DNA of 64,000 nucleotides from Vicugna vicugna. Its lineage: Eukaryota. The stretch is taken from positions 310,001 to 374,000 of the forward strand of contig MU057744.1 of the NCBI GenBank assembly GCA_013265495.1. The letters run 5' to 3'. The first letter of the stretch is position 1. The number at the start of each line of letters is the position of its first letter. Both the position numbers and the translations under genes were made by a program. The notes under the pieces are model-generated. The model was not told the origin of the DNA. It made no database searches and was given only the letters and a program-made list of their open reading frames with translations. Of this stretch, positions 39,417 through 53,706 are shown in pieces.

Positions 39417-42400
39417 TAATTTTCCATTATGAATTGTATGGTTACTTAGGATAATATTTAATAGTTGAATAAACGGCGGGTGGGGAGAAGAAACAATGTT
39501 TTTGGCTCTTGGGATAGTTACAATGTAGAATTCGGTGTGTTCTTAAAAAAAGACGCTTCTATTAGTGGAATTTTTTTCTTGTTTTTAAAACTCTTGAGTC
39601 GTAACCTTACAGGTGGCGTTGCTTTCTTTGTCCTTTTTTGTGTTTTTGTTTTGTGACAGTTTTTTCTGTTGGATATAAACATTTCTCATTGATTCATTAA
39701 CACTTTATCCTTTAAGTGAATACTAGAGAAGAGAAATGGCCTAGGTAACCAATAAGAAGCAGTTGATTAAACAAAATACAGAACATCCATAGTGGAGTGG
39801 CAGGCGATGAGGGGAAGAAGCCCTTGTCATGGAAAGACTCACACTTGTACTGCACAGCTCCTGGGCGTTTCTAACTGCTTGTTTTCAGAGAAACTGCACG
39901 AAGCTCTGAAAAGCGTGGTGGGGAATTTCAGGCAGAGTCTATCTTTTAGATTTTTGCTATTTGTTCTTTTCAGGTTTCAGTTTCCCATAAGAATTTTTTA
40001 GTAGTAAGCTTATTATTCTGTAAATGTGTTACAATGAACACAGTTCTGGCCTAGAAATCAAGAGGCAATTTTTACAACCCTAAACAAGATGAAATTTACT
40101 AACCTCTAAGATGACGGTCAGAATTAGTAACAAAGTATGTGTCCTGGTCCACTCTCCTGTGACTTTAGGATTGGCACGTTCCTAGAGGCCAGCTGTGACG
40201 ACTGTGGCCCGGGCCAGCTCCGAGTCGGCCAGGAGCTCATGGAGGGTGTGGGGAGCAGTCCCTGTGTTGAGAGAGATGGTGGGAGTAGAAATTTCTTAGC
40301 TTGGCCTGGTGGTCCCTTATCTGTCTGGGCCACGACCTCCCAGAACCTCCAGTGCAGGAGCGTCCCCTGCGGAGCGTGCCCCAGCATCTGCCACGTGGCC
40401 TGTGGTCACACTGTCCTTGGTGGTCTCTGGATGTGATGATGTTTTCCGTCTTGGTTACTCCGAGTCGGAAAATCCAGACTTGGGTCAGTCCTGACAGATC
40501 CAGAGTTTGCCCTGAAGTGCTGATGGGCACAGACTTAGCGTCTGGGTTCTTCCCCTTGGAGTGAGCATTTCCTCTTCTGCTGTAGTCATGCCTGAGCGTT
40601 CACATGTGGGAATAAATATTGTCTTATTACAGATTACTTTTCTTTTATCTCAGTGAAATGGGCACTTTGTTGACTTTGGAGTCCTATATGGGTGGGTAAT
40701 TCCGTCGCAGGTTATGAAGGGGGCGTTGGCTCTGACGTGGAGAACCCTGGTCTGGACTGAAGGACTCGCGCTGTGCTCTGTGGTCATCAGTGCTTGTGCT
40801 GGTATTAATTAGAGCAAGGCCTCAGCTAGTAAAGACTACGCCAGTATCTCGGGGCCTCTGAATCAGACAGAACAGATCATACCATGCACACTTGTTGTCA
40901 GACTAGCTCAGATCTCCTCCTAACGTGTCATAGACACGTCTTCCCTTTAAGAAATCCATTGGAGTCTTTTTTTATATTTTTCAGATTTTCCTTGGAAAGT
41001 CATAATAACAAGATGTTTTACCGCAGTAAACATTTTTCAGTGTTTAGATGCTGTTTTCATGAAGGCAAAGCAATGGCAAGTTGTCAGGTCATAAATTGTC
41101 ACATCTTATACGTGTGAAATAGCTAAATGGCAAAATGGTGATATTCCCGCTGTAGCTGAGGGGGAAAGTCAGAAGCTGGCGCGTTTACAGCAGAGCTGGG
41201 ACCTGCGTGTCTTCAGAAGCACGTGTTAACACCCCGTGGCTGGCAGTGCGTTACGCGGGGTCTAACGAGGTGGTTGCACGGTTTGGCACATACATCTCAG
41301 GAGTCCTGGCTTGCTGTCCTGTGCATTCGAAGCAGGACATCGGGGTAGGTTGAGGGGAACGTTTGAGCTCCCTCTCGCGTCTCCCCAGCACCTCAGGTGG
41401 CTGGGGTGACTCCCTGCCGCTCCAGGACAGAGCTGTGGGCAGACGGTGGTCGTCTGGCCTGGTTCACGGCATACGTTCTTCTCTGTGTATCTTCCCCAAC
41501 CAGTCCAGCTCAGCTTGGTCCCATGAGACTCCAGTTTAGACAGCATAACATTTGCAGGAGTGTAACCTCGGTTTGAACAGTGACCTTAAAGAACTGTTAA
41601 GGCTTTCACCCAGAGAATAACGTTCTTACAGTCAGCTTCCCGCGTGTCTGTATTTGCCACGGTCGTCCCTTATTCTGGCCCATTTGAGATGGCAGTGGCA
41701 GGCACAGATGACCAAGCCGGTTATGAGTACAGCTTGACAAGCTGGAGTTGAGCTCAACTCCTGTCTGGGAATGGACTCCTCTTCAGTGCAGGTCTCTGCA
41801 AATGGGGTGAATCTTTTTCTTAGTTGGTGTGACATGGTCAGAGGAGGATTAGGGAGTGGACCAGACACCTTGGAAGGCCCCCCCAAACATGGGTGTTGAT
41901 CATTTCATGTCACTCTTTGGTTTTAATCTGAACTCATATAACCTAAGGTAACTGTGGCCATCTCCTGAGCTGGTATTACCCATAACCAATATTTGTGACA
42001 CTCCTAACTTACAGTAGTAATGTTCAGGCTTACCCAAAATTGGTGGCGAGAACCCACCATCAGTGTTTCTCCCAGGCGCTTCTGTTTCCGTCTCTCGTCT
42101 TTTTGGCGAGTTGAGAGGTTCGGTGAAGGTGATGAACCTTGAAGTTCTCTCTGCCTTGCGCCTAGGGTTCCAGTGTTTTCCTTTCAGCCTAAACTAAAGC
42201 GTATACTCTAAATAGAGCTGTGTGGCCAGTGTTTCACCCTCAGCTTTTATTTAAAATGTTCTCTTTTGAAATAATTACATGATTTCTCTTTTCTGGTGAG
42301 CAAGAAATCTTAAAATCTTTTCTTTGACACCAGTGAGTGGAATTTAACTTGAGTCCTTGGCGTCAGAGGGGACACACTGTTCCAGACTGTGGCCGCCATA

Positions 42401-42985
42401 CGGGAGGGCTTGAAAAAGGGAAGCCCCGGTTACTTACCTGTGTGTGTCGTGGGATTGTTGCAAAGTGTTTGGAGGTTCTTGAATGAGCATTAATGGGTCA
42501 GTGTAAAATATCCCCTGGGATGGTATAAAGTGTTAGAAGAATTAAAAAAAAGTCACTATCGTTAGTGTGCTGAGAGGATACAGACAGGGCATATCTCCGT
42601 CAAAGGTGAAGAGAGAGACTCCATTTTGGGAAGCTGCCCGTGAATCAGGGCAGAGGAGAAATCGTGTCATTCAGAAGCAGTGTCCAAAAAGCTGCTCCTC
42701 TGCTGGGCTGTTTTTTTTCTGTTTGGAAAACAAGTTCCCCAGGTCAGATATGACAGCGATGTACGTTCGATGAGAGTGAGTCTCCTCTCGTGGTGGACAG
42801 CAGTTATGCAAGCTTGCAGAAAAGACTCTGCCAGTGCCTGTAGCAAGCAGTGCAGCAGGACCAGCGTGTGCCAGAAACTCCCCGGTGGGCCGGTCTTCCC
42901 CAGCCTCCAGCACCTACGCATAAGCCCCAGTCAGCAGGATGCTCACTAGGGGAGTCTGGAATCTGTTGAGGACCCTGCCCCTTTG

Positions 42986-43172
42986 AGTAAGTGTTGCCAG
43001 ATTCAGCAAATAGAAATACAAAGTGCACAGTGAAATTTGGATTTCGGATAAGCAGTAAGTCATCTTTTACTGTAAGTGTGGGGCATGCGTGGTACATACC
43101 TGTACTGAACAATGGTGGTTTATGTGGAATCCAGGTTTACTTGGGCATCCTGAACTTTACTTGACAGCTCTG
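42986..43172. mobile_element. MER53-like palindromic MITE
   Basis: gttgccagattcagcaaatagaaatac...gtgaaatttggatttcggataa...ttgggcatcctg...ttgacagctct. Confidence 0.7.
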
Positions 43173-45064
43173 TTGGGCGGATTGAATCTTGATTACAGGA
43201 CCTGCTGAGAGTCTTCCATTTCCGCCAGGGCCGTGGTCAGGACGTAAGTTTTGTGGGCTGCCTCAGTAACCGGGGGGCGGAAGGAGGCGGGAACGTGGAC
43301 AAGCTGAACGCTTACAAGAGAAGAAGTCGTGGGCTCTCTTCCTCCCACCTCCAGTTTTTTTTCTCTTCAGACAGGATTCAGGATTTCAGGTTTGGCTGCA
43401 ACGTGTTGATAGAAGCCTAGGATCTGTGGCGTCCCTGTGAATTACTAGTTTACCTCTGGAGATATGGTGGTGTTGACAGGCACGCCCTCCGCCAGTTTCC
43501 TTATTTGCTGGGCTCTTTTGTTTTCTGAGCAACCTGCCAGCAGTGTTCCAGAGGAGACAGCTCTTTGATGTTTTCCTTTGATCTGTAAAGGGCGCAGCGC
43601 CTGCTTTGCAGCCTCTGAGCACCACTGCTCACTCCTTTCATCTGCCTGCAGCCAAGCTAAACGGGAATCAAGGTCTCTCCTGGCATTGCTCATTGCCACT
43701 GTTAAAGTGTGGGCTTAGTACGGAAGAGAAAACCATGGTATTTGTTTTCAATTGTCGTTTTCTCATTTATTATAAATGTGCTGGTTTTAAAATTTGTGTC
43801 TGTATTATTTTTAAATTTCAATCACATAATATTTGAAAGATAGATTTTCCTGTTTCTATTTCCACCCCCTCTCCATGTTACTCCTTTAAGGAAAACTAAT
43901 ACTATTTCATAAATTTCATAATTTCATTTCACTAGAATTTCAAATTTCACTGTTTCATTAACCAAAGCCTATTTCATAAACGGGAGACTCTAGGAATAGT
44001 CAGATGCAAAACTCATTTGTTGGTATACATTTAGGTAGATGGAGGTACATGAGTTACTGTTCTAAGTTGTCTGGAATTATTTTTCCAACACCTGACCGCA
44101 TACCTTGGGATTAGTTCCACCATGTACAGGTGTAGTCTTAACATTTGTAATAATAGTCAGTCGTCAGTAAACACAAGATCTGACTGTGTGCTGTCGGAGT
44201 GGAGAAATTAAACGAGGTGACCTGAGAGTGATCTTTGTCATTTACTTCATAAAAAGCACCTTTGTTTAAACTGTGATGTGTTACGTCCCACGTCACAGTT
44301 GTGTGTTTTGTGGTCATAGTGCTGCTGTGGCTGTGCCTTCTTTGTTCGCATAGGTGTTGACACGTAGGATCTTCCTCTGTGCTCACGGGAGGGCAGAAGT
44401 ACCAGCACGTTGTCCTCAGACCCCTGCATGTGTGTTTCAGGGTCCACGTCAGAGTCTCCTTCTCTGTGGAATACGCACTAGACCAGGGCTTTTTTTGTGC
44501 TATGTGTCCTTTTGGGAGTCACAAAATAATATTTTTAAAAAACAGGAAAACTACATTGTGTTACCGAGGAATATTTGGTCACATTGAAGTAATAAAAGTA
44601 TTTTAAAATTATCATATGGTTATATATATATTTCTGTACTAAGTAACATTAGATAATAAGATCTACCAACAGATCTAATAGCTACTAGAATTTGTGGTAG
44701 TGATGAAAATAAATATAGTTTTTAAGATCTCTGCAAGGACTGTAAAGTGATACAGAAGTGTCTGATTTCGTAGGTGACAAAATACGACAGATACTGCTGT
44801 GGTGTGTTGCCTGGATTTACAATTACAGGGGGTCCTGAATTTTAACTAGAGGTTGTTGAAAATAACACATTTCCCCACCTATTTCAGTTAGCTATTTTTT
44901 AATTTAATTTAATTTATTTTTTATTGAAGTCTAGTCAGTTTACAGTCTGTGTCAGTTTCTGGTGCACAGCATCATGTTTCAGTCATACATACACACACAT
45001 ACATTCTTTTCATACTCTTTTTCATTATAGGTTACTACAGGATATTGACTAGAGTTCCCTGTGC

Positions 45065-45510
45065 TGTACACCAGTTAGCTATTGACGCATGACAAACCAT
45101 CCTCAAACCCGGGGCTGTAGACAGCCGTTTTACTGCTCTGACTCCGTGTCTCGGGGATTTGGGCAGATCTTGGTGGAGACAGTTGTCTCTGTTCCAGCAG
45201 TGCTGACCAGAGGATCCCAGATGGCCTTGCACGATGGGGCTTGGTGTTGGTTGGTGGGGGTGGGAGACCTTGGGTCTCCTCTGCATGGGATCAGCCTCTC
45301 TCTCTCTCCCGCGGCCTTTCACCCTAGCCTAGAGCTTTACACAGTGCCTGGTCTCCCGGAGGGTGAAAATGGAGACTGCGAGGCCTGCCAAGGCCGGTAA
45401 GAGCAGGTCGCAGGGCGAGTTCAGATTCAAGAGGGAAACGGACAAGCGGCAAAAGCACAATGCCCGAGGGCATGTGGGCTGGGAGTCCTCATGGAGACAA
45501 CCCACCACTG
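45065..45510. mobile_element. MaLR LTR (MLT1J-like)
   Basis: cagttagctattgacgcatgacaaaccatcctcaaac...gggatttgggcag...cagattcaagaggg. Confidence 0.6.
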
Positions 45511-48500
45511 TTCACCTGCTGCTCACAGTAACTCACCTGCCTCCCCCGCCTCCCCCTTGCAAAGTGCGCTGTCCCGTCTGCCCCAGGCTTTTCCCCTTTT
45601 GACAGTGGCTCGAGGTCCAGGGCATCGCTGTCTGAATTAGTTCCAGAGGTTCCTGGGTCCAGTTCTCCTGGTTCAAAACACTGCACCTGGACCCAGAGCT
45701 CTGGGAAGTGCAAGGTAACTGCCCTCCAGGTGCCTGCGGGGCGAGGTCCGGAGAGAGAGGGGGCACTGAGCTCAGCATGCTCTCCTCTGGAGGAGTTTCA
45801 CTGGGCAGGGGACAGGAGAATAGGGACAGTTACTGAAGGGAGAGGAAGGGTGGGAGGGGGAGGTGTTTTCAGATGGGAGGAGGTACCAAACTTGGGGTGC
45901 TGCTGACAGGAGCCCCGTGATGCAGGAGATTCAGTCCTGTGCTGCAGCTGAAGCAGGTTCTGAGTCTGGGTAGTGCCTTGTGCTGTCAGAGGCTCACTGG
46001 CTGCTGGAAGCTGCCTAGAAAGTACTTCGTTTGACCTCTAGGAAAGGCTCTGTTTTAATAAACATACTTCTGTCACTCAGCTAAGGAGATTAAATGTAGC
46101 TAGCCTCGTTTTTCAGGAGTTCAAGAGGATCTACCTAAGAAATGCTCTAGTCCAGCACGGACCTCTGAAGCTTAACCTGAAAGGCAGCCAGGCGCCTGGC
46201 AAGCTTACTGGAACCCACCCCAGATGTCTGTTCACTGGGTGGGACTGGGCTGGGGCCCATGAACCTGCTGTTGGAAGCAATGTGCCAGAGGTTCTGATGC
46301 AGGGGCCTCGCGTCCCACCTTAGGAAACTCTGACCACGTGACCCGGTTTCGGCCAGGGGTCCTGGGGTCACTGGACAGAGTTTGTGCAGCCAAGTCCAGG
46401 AGTCTTGGATTCCTGGCTACTAGTGCACCGTTGTTCCCCGCGTTTCTGTCTTGGCCTCCAGACCCGAATCACTGTGTCTCTGTAAATCACACACAGCTCA
46501 TAAATGAAAACCCTAGCTGCCCCGTACATTCCCAAGATGGGAGGAGGGGGCAGGGTAAGGGTGGGCGCAGCATGTGCTCTGCAGCTTAGCAGACCTGACT
46601 CCGTCACTTAGCAGTGTGACCTCAGGCAGCGGAGGTGCCAGGTGTCGTCCTCAGCCTGTGTCCTCATCTGTAAAGCCCTCTCAAAGAGGATATTTATAGG
46701 GTTAAATACGCCGTGCTGTGCAAGCCACCACTGTGTCGCCTGACATAGGCTGTGTGTCCTTTACCGACAGTTAGTGTATCTGATATACTTTAAAAAATCC
46801 ACACACTGAAATATTGGGCCCAGAGGCTATATTCTCTCAACTTGAGCATCGGCCCCCACACATGTTCAGGTGGGCTTCTGTAGTAGGTAGGTGCACCACG
46901 GACGGTGACACAATTGCAGATAGGAGCTCTGTGCAAGTTTGCTAAGAGAAATACGGTTCTGAGGACCTCCGAGCCACTTCTTCTTACCTGTGGCATCACG
47001 TCCAACTTTTTGAGATGACAGGTTCCTTCCACAAGCTGGTCGTCTCTCTAGACTCACTTCCCGGAAGATAATGTATCAGTGTTCATATTGCTAAAATGTA
47101 TCATCAGTGTTATTTTCATTCTCTTTAATTATGGTGACTTCTAGGAAAGTTTGGTTTCTTTCAGAGTTAAAGGCTGTAAGCCAGAATGGTGTTTATAGTA
47201 CAGTTTTTGACAGTTCATGTATTTCATCATTTATTCTCTAAAGTGATAAAATGATAATATTAACATTTACAACTGTTTTATAGGCGTACTTAGATTTCCC
47301 TCAAGTAAGATCATCGTTGCCACGATATAATGCTGAAATTTAATGTGTCTAAAGGCCTGTTTGGAATCTCTTGGAAAGCCTGAGAACAGTCATTACGTAC
47401 AGCAATGTGATTAATATTTTCATTGAATTCTGCTAGAGATTATTATGAAAAATTACTATAAAACTTGAACATAAATTGTGGTAAAATATCCTGTATTTCT
47501 TTAGAATTCTTCCTACAATCTCTATTGTAGCCCCATATTTAAACTGCTATTTCGTTCAACTTTGTTATCATTTCAAAGATTCTGTGCGTAATCCTGTTAT
47601 CCACAAACGTTTTCATTTCTCTGTGTCCTTATTCGATCTGTCTGTCTGTTAATGTGATTCCTCTCTACTTGTGTCATGTACAATTTGGTTCAATTTTTAG
47701 AAATCTCGACATTATTCTGTGAGTAATTTTATTAAGTATTACAGCTAGAATATTTTAATGACTATCTATCTGGTTTACTTAATAGTTCCTGTCCAGCTGG
47801 GCATTTTTATGGTTCCAGAGTCCCTCAATTATGAAAAAAAATGCTATTACATAGAATCTCTGTAAATGCAGTTTAGTTTTTATTTTTAAATTGTTGCCTG
47901 CTGACAGATTCCCAGGAGTATGATTATACAGTCAAAAACTAGGCCAGTTTTGCAGTCTTTGTGGTGTTAAAACTTATTTTTTGCCAGTTTTGTTGAAAAT
48001 ACTTTAATTATTTGAATTTGCATTTCTTTTCTTTTTTTTAATTGAAGGATCATCAGTTACAGTGGATCATTTCTGGTGTACAGCACACAATGTCCAGTCA
48101 TGCGTATACATACATATATTTGTTTTCATACATTTTTTCATTTAAGGTTATTTACAAGATACAACATAGTTCCCTGTGCTGTACAGCAGAAACTTTTTCC
48201 TAATCTGTTTTTATATATAGTGGCTAACATTTGTAATGAATTTGCATTTTTTAATCATTAACAAGGTGAGACTTTTTTCCCCCATAGAAATGCTTTTAAT
48301 ACTGCTGTTTCCTCTTGTGGATTATCTGTTCTATATTTCTTGTCTGTTTGTTGAGATTTTACATGCTTGCATAAGTTCACAGCCCTTTATGGTCAATCCT
48401 GTTGCTTATACCCTTTTTTTTAGTGTATCACCTTCCCTTTTGTGCTGATTTTGCTTGTTCAGCATACAGACAGTATTGAAAACCTTCAGAACTTTGCTTT

Positions 48501-48657
48501 ATGGCCATTCTTGGTGGATGATAGCTTCTTGTTTTAAATGGTTTCAGTTGCTTTTATTTGCTAATGTATTTGTAAACGCAGACCTTTTACATTTGTGGCA
48601 GCCTGACAGCTTAAAAAGCATTTCTGTGTATGTATTTCCATTTCTCTCCTCTTCCAG

Positions 48658-48843
48658 GCACCCAACAGGGGGATCCTTCATTCGTCCAAATAAAGTAAAT
48701 TTTGGAGTAGACTTTCTCACTGCAATTAAAAACCGCTATGTGTTAGAAGGAGAACTGGAGGAAGAGGAAGAAGAGGAAATTGTGACAATTGGCAATAAAC
48801 CTGTAGAAACTGTTGGTTTTGACTCTGTTGTAAAACAGCAGAG
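48658..48843 (+). CDS. TBCE: TBCE exon 4
   Basis: cttccAG|...[61 protein letters not shown]...|GTAAGT; 186 nt. Confidence 0.98.
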
Positions 48844-49767
48844 GTAAGTGAAACAGACGGGGGTAGAGGTGACTTACAGCTTCATCAGGGTTCGGGATAG
48901 AAGTTATCTGACTGTACGTCAGTGCCCAGAACTTTGCTCCCAGACTGCTGTGTCTCTTCTGCAGAACGGAGGAATCCAAGGACTTAGGGAAGTTAAAATC
49001 CTTATTTTAGCACAGGGTGGGTGGACTTTTCCAGATTGGAAAGAGAACACTGATTTGCCCATCGTCAGTTTTTACACCGTGCTGCATTGTGTTGACTGAT
49101 CATTAAGTAGCCAAGGTTGGCATCTGGATGATGAGGCGGGAATGGAATGGATGTCTCCGTTGCCCTGTGCCCGGCAGCTTGCTGACACCACCTCGTCCCG
49201 AGGAGGCCCCACCTCTGGCCGCACACCCTCACCCCCCGGGGGCTTCTGAAACACACAGTCCTGGGTCCTACGCCAGGCCTCCTGAATCCGAGAACCATGG
49301 GCTCTTGCTTTTAGGAGGTGCCCCAGATGACTGTAGCCTACTGCAGGCCAGTAAATAATGCATTTTGAAACTGCTGAGTTGGAACATTCTCTGATTCTCA
49401 TAGAGCTGCTCACTGCCCATTCCATGCGCTGTGTGACCCAGAGAGAGTGGAAGCTGATATGCCCACCAGACACTCACGGCTGCGTGAGAACCTCCCGGGT
49501 TACTCGGGTTTAGCGTTGCTCAGCGCTGTGCTGTGGGCCCCCGACCTGGACGAGGCGGCCTGGTAGCGACCCCTGGTGGCCGCTGTGGAGAGCAGTCGAT
49601 TTGCCGCTACTTGGCGTCTTTCGGTCTCTAAAGTTCCACTTGAACTGTGGTTTTGTTCAGAGTAAATTTCCTTGCTATCTTTTTTGTTGTTCTTGTTGTA
49701 ATTATTATTAAGATTTATCATAAAACAGAATTGAAGTGCATATGAGAACAGTGTTGAAGAGTAAGTT

Positions 49768-50145
49768 CATTTTTTAAAAAACTGAACAATTACAGTGTGT
49801 CAATTTCCGGTGTACAGCACAGTGTCCTAGTCATGCATATACATACGTATGTTCCTTCTCATGTTCTTTTTCATTAAAGGTTATTACAAGGTACTGAATA
49901 TAGTTCCCTGTGCTGTACAGAAGAAACTTTTTAAAAATCTATTTTTTATATATAGTGGCTAATGTTAGTAAATCTCAAACTCCCATATTTATCCCTTCCC
50001 AGCCCCTTTCCCCGGTAACCATAAGATTGTTTATTATGTCTGCGAGTCTGTTTCTGTTTTGTAGGTGAGTTCATAGTCTTTTTTTTTTTTTTTAGATTCC
50101 ACATAAGAGTGATATATAGTATTTTTCTCTCTTTCTGGGTTAGCT
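49768..50145 (-). mobile_element. Lineage L1 3' end; a second short copy in + orientation lies at ~50195-50320
   Basis: ggttattacaaggtactgaatatagttccctgtgctgtacag...ggtaaccataagattg. Confidence 0.8.
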
Positions 50146-52927
50146 CATTTCTTGATACCTCTGATTTTTAGTATAGATGACCAGCATTTAAACATAAAAC
50201 AACTCAGAAAAAGAATATGAGAAGAAATATATGTATGTATGTGTATGACTGAAACATTATGCTGTATGCCAGAAATCAACACAACATTGTAAACTGACTA
50301 CTTCAGTGAGAAAGAATGCAAATTTTAAAAAGTACTTTTCACAATATTTAACATAATTAAAATAAAACCTAATGTTATTTTTAAAAACTCAGAATACATC
50401 GATTTTTTTAAAAGCAATAACTTGACTGTTACTTACAGACAATATACAGTCGTTGTTGAGGACCTAGAAAATATAAATTGAACCAGAGAGGGTCATGACT
50501 GTTGCACACTCGAGAGAGAACTAAGGTGAATGGTTTTTGCTGCTGATTTCTAGAACTGTGTGCTTCATGGGGTTAGAGTTCTTTGTTTTTTCCACTTGAA
50601 ATGCAAATATTTAAGTATCTTTTTCCCCAAAAGAGGCACTTTTTTTTTCTCCCTAGCCGGTTAATCTCTCTCAGAGAACACTGTGGGCTCTGTGAATATT
50701 AACAAATTGCAACAGATTTTCCTCCCCTAGTTTATGAACAGCCGGTAGCTCATGGAGTTTTCTGGTGAAGGACTTCCTGCTTGAACATCATCGTGGTCAA
50801 TAATGAGCTAGTGTCCTTCTTGGAAAGAAATACTAGAGTCCGTCAGGCTGGGTCCAGATGTCAGCTAAGCCACTTTCTGGCTCGGACAGCAGTTAGAGCT
50901 AGTTCCTTACGGTTTCTGAGCCTTGGTTTCCTCGCTTACAAAGCCGTGCCTAAGCTGTGAGAGTGGTGGGGAGCGCTGAAATCGTTTCTCTTTGGAGGTG
51001 GCTGTGGCTCTGGAGTGATGGCTGTACTGAGACCCGATCCCTAAGCTTTGTACCAAGGTTTCTGGGCACTGCAGGGGTGCAGCGGGGTGTTTTTAATTTT
51101 GGAGGGAAACAATGACGCGTGTTAGACGTGGTGCAAACTGCTAGTTGGAGGTAGTTCATAGTTTCATGATCGTCCTACTACTGTTCCTTTCAGGGTGTCA
51201 TGTCCCTGCACAGCTGGGCTTTTTGGTGATTCCTGTGCTGGAAGAAAGTTTCTCCTGAAAATCACCATGGCACAGGAAACGGAGGTGGTGGGGCCAGTCT
51301 GATTCTAGGGTTTGGGAAGTTGCGCAGTGCTCAACAGACAAGAAGTTGCCAGGACAGAAATCATCGCTAGATTGTTTGGCCCTGACTGCGTACTAAATGG
51401 AACCGTGAGGTGTTCCTTTTGGCCTTGGCACCATGAAAAAATTACTGACCCGTGAAGGGCCCCGTGAACTGAGAAAGTTCAGGAGCCTCTGCTTGGTTCT
51501 GATGACTGTCACAGCTCCTGCCCTGGCTGGTGATCTTAGTCTTCCCCCTAAAGGTTGTCAGTTTTATGTTTATTTTTGTAAATATTTATAAAATTATTTA
51601 CTACATATCAGGCAGTATTGAGGGTTTCGCAGATATGAGCTCACTGTTACCATAGCGTTGAAAACTTGTGGAATGTATGTAACACCAGATGTACCTTTTA
51701 AGCATTTTCAAGTGTGCAGGTCAGTAGCGTTGGGTATGTCCCCAGTGTGGTGCAGCCGTCCCCACTGTCCCTCTCCAGAGCCTTCTCATCTCCCCAAAGT
51801 GAACCGCTGTCGCCTTAAACCATCACCTCCACATCTCTCCTCCCCCAGCCTGGTGATCATGGTGCTACTTCTGACCTGTGCGGTTGACACCCACCTCGGT
51901 ACCTCCTATAAGTGCAGTTGTTTGTGCTTTTGTGACTGGCTTATATCCCTTAGCATAGTGTCCTCAAGGGTCACAGATGTAGCGTGTCAGACTTTCCTTC
52001 CTTCTTAGGGCTGAGTAAGACTCTGTTGTGTGGATTTACCACGCTTTATGTCTGTTCATCGGTCGGTGGACACTCGGTTTGCTTATGTGTGACTGCTGTG
52101 TGCCGGGAGCCCAGGTGCACACATGTGCAATCTGAGGCTCAGGGAGGTCAGCTCAGCCAGGGCGGAAGGAGGGTGGAGTCGGGATTGGAAGCCAGGCGGC
52201 CTGGCTCCAGATACTGTGTTCTAGACACTCTTCAGCGCTGTGACGCGTGGGCCCTTTTAATGAGTAGGAGACACAGATTCTCTCCACTTCAGAAGTGGCT
52301 TCCGGGAGGGTCTAAAAAAGCTGAAGACACGCATGCTCTCCAGATGCATCCCTGGAGAGGCTTTCCCACGCGAGTCCAGACGGCACTGCTGGGAGTCACC
52401 CCTGGGTCACCAGAGGAGTCAGTAAAGGAACTGCCTTTATTCCACGGTGTGCGGTCGGGGGCTGCAGCGCGCGTGTCCGCCGCGGACGGGGTACCGCAGA
52501 GGGGGGACGTCAGCTGCAGGTGCGGCGGGCCCCGTTCACGGCAGGCTTCAGAGTGTGCGAAGATACCGTGATTGTTGAGGGCCATGGACATAGGTAGTAA
52601 AGCTACTGAGAAATGCTGAGCACGAAGTAGACACCAGCCGTGGCGCGGTGCTTCCCGCAGGGGCAGAGGGCGCGCAGGGCGGGGCGGTGGGAGGGGACGC
52701 CGGGGACGCTGCTGGCGTTTGCGATGTTCGCGATGCTTGCTGGCTGGCTTTCTCTTTTCTCTTTTCTCTTTTCTTAGTAATGCTTTATTTCTTAAGTTGA
52801 GTGGTGGGTACTGGATTTCTTATTTTTGGCGGCTTCTCCTAATGTCTGAAACACTTTAATTTTTTGAAGGGCCGCTGGAGAGCCTGCGTGTTTCTGCATA
52901 CATGTGAACTATGTGTTTTTCATGCAG

Positions 52928-53016
52928 TCAGCTGAGCAAGTTGCAAGAAGTGTCCCTGAGGAGCTGCGCAGTAAACGGTGCTGGGGACCGAGGAGAAATT
53001 GCGGCCGCCTGCCCTA
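52928..53016 (+). CDS. TBCE: TBCE exon 5
   Basis: catgcAG|...(S)QLSKLQEVSLRSCAVNGAGDRGEIAAACP(N)...|GTATCCTTT (U12-type donor); 89 nt. Confidence 0.96.
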
Positions 53017-53706
53017 GTATCCTTTCCGATGAGGGCTTGTCACTGGGGCCTGACTGGGTGTGACACTTGGGCCAGGCATCCCTGGTCGCCTCCACAGTGC
53101 CTGCTCTCCAGACTGCTTCCTCACGGGGACTTGCTGTCCCCCGGGTAGTCGCCGCCCAGCTAAGTGATTGCCTTCCCGGACCCCCTGCTTTCAGGTGAGG
53201 CCGTGCGACTCGCCCTGGCCAGTGAGATGTCAAGTGGGCGCTTCGAGGGGGACAGAGGTGGCGGGCGCGCGCCCTGTCCACTGCCTTTCCACCCCCTGCC
53301 TGGAGCACAGACGGTGTGCGCGGGGCTCAGCAGACGACCTGTGGGAAGCAAGCTGCCCGGGAGGGACTGGGGCGCCAGGATGGGGGCGCCGGCGTCCTGG
53401 ATGGTCCCTGGGCTCCCGTCCGTACGGCGGAAAGCGGTTTGTTATGGTCCCTCAAAGCAGGCCTTCTTACCTGCGCCTTCTCTCATCAGCGTGTTTTTTG
53501 GTTTTTGCTGTCTATGTAGTCTTATGCCCACAGCTAAAAATAGAGGTGGTAAGTTTAAAAGAAAAAATTCCCAATACACTTGCCCCATTTTGTAGTCTGG
53601 TGGAACACGATTCATTCAAGTGCTTCTTGGTTCTGTGTCTCCTGGGCTGCAGTCCTAAGAAAGCCCAAAAAACCAGTGGCAAATCAGATAAACTTTTTCT
53701 AATTTT

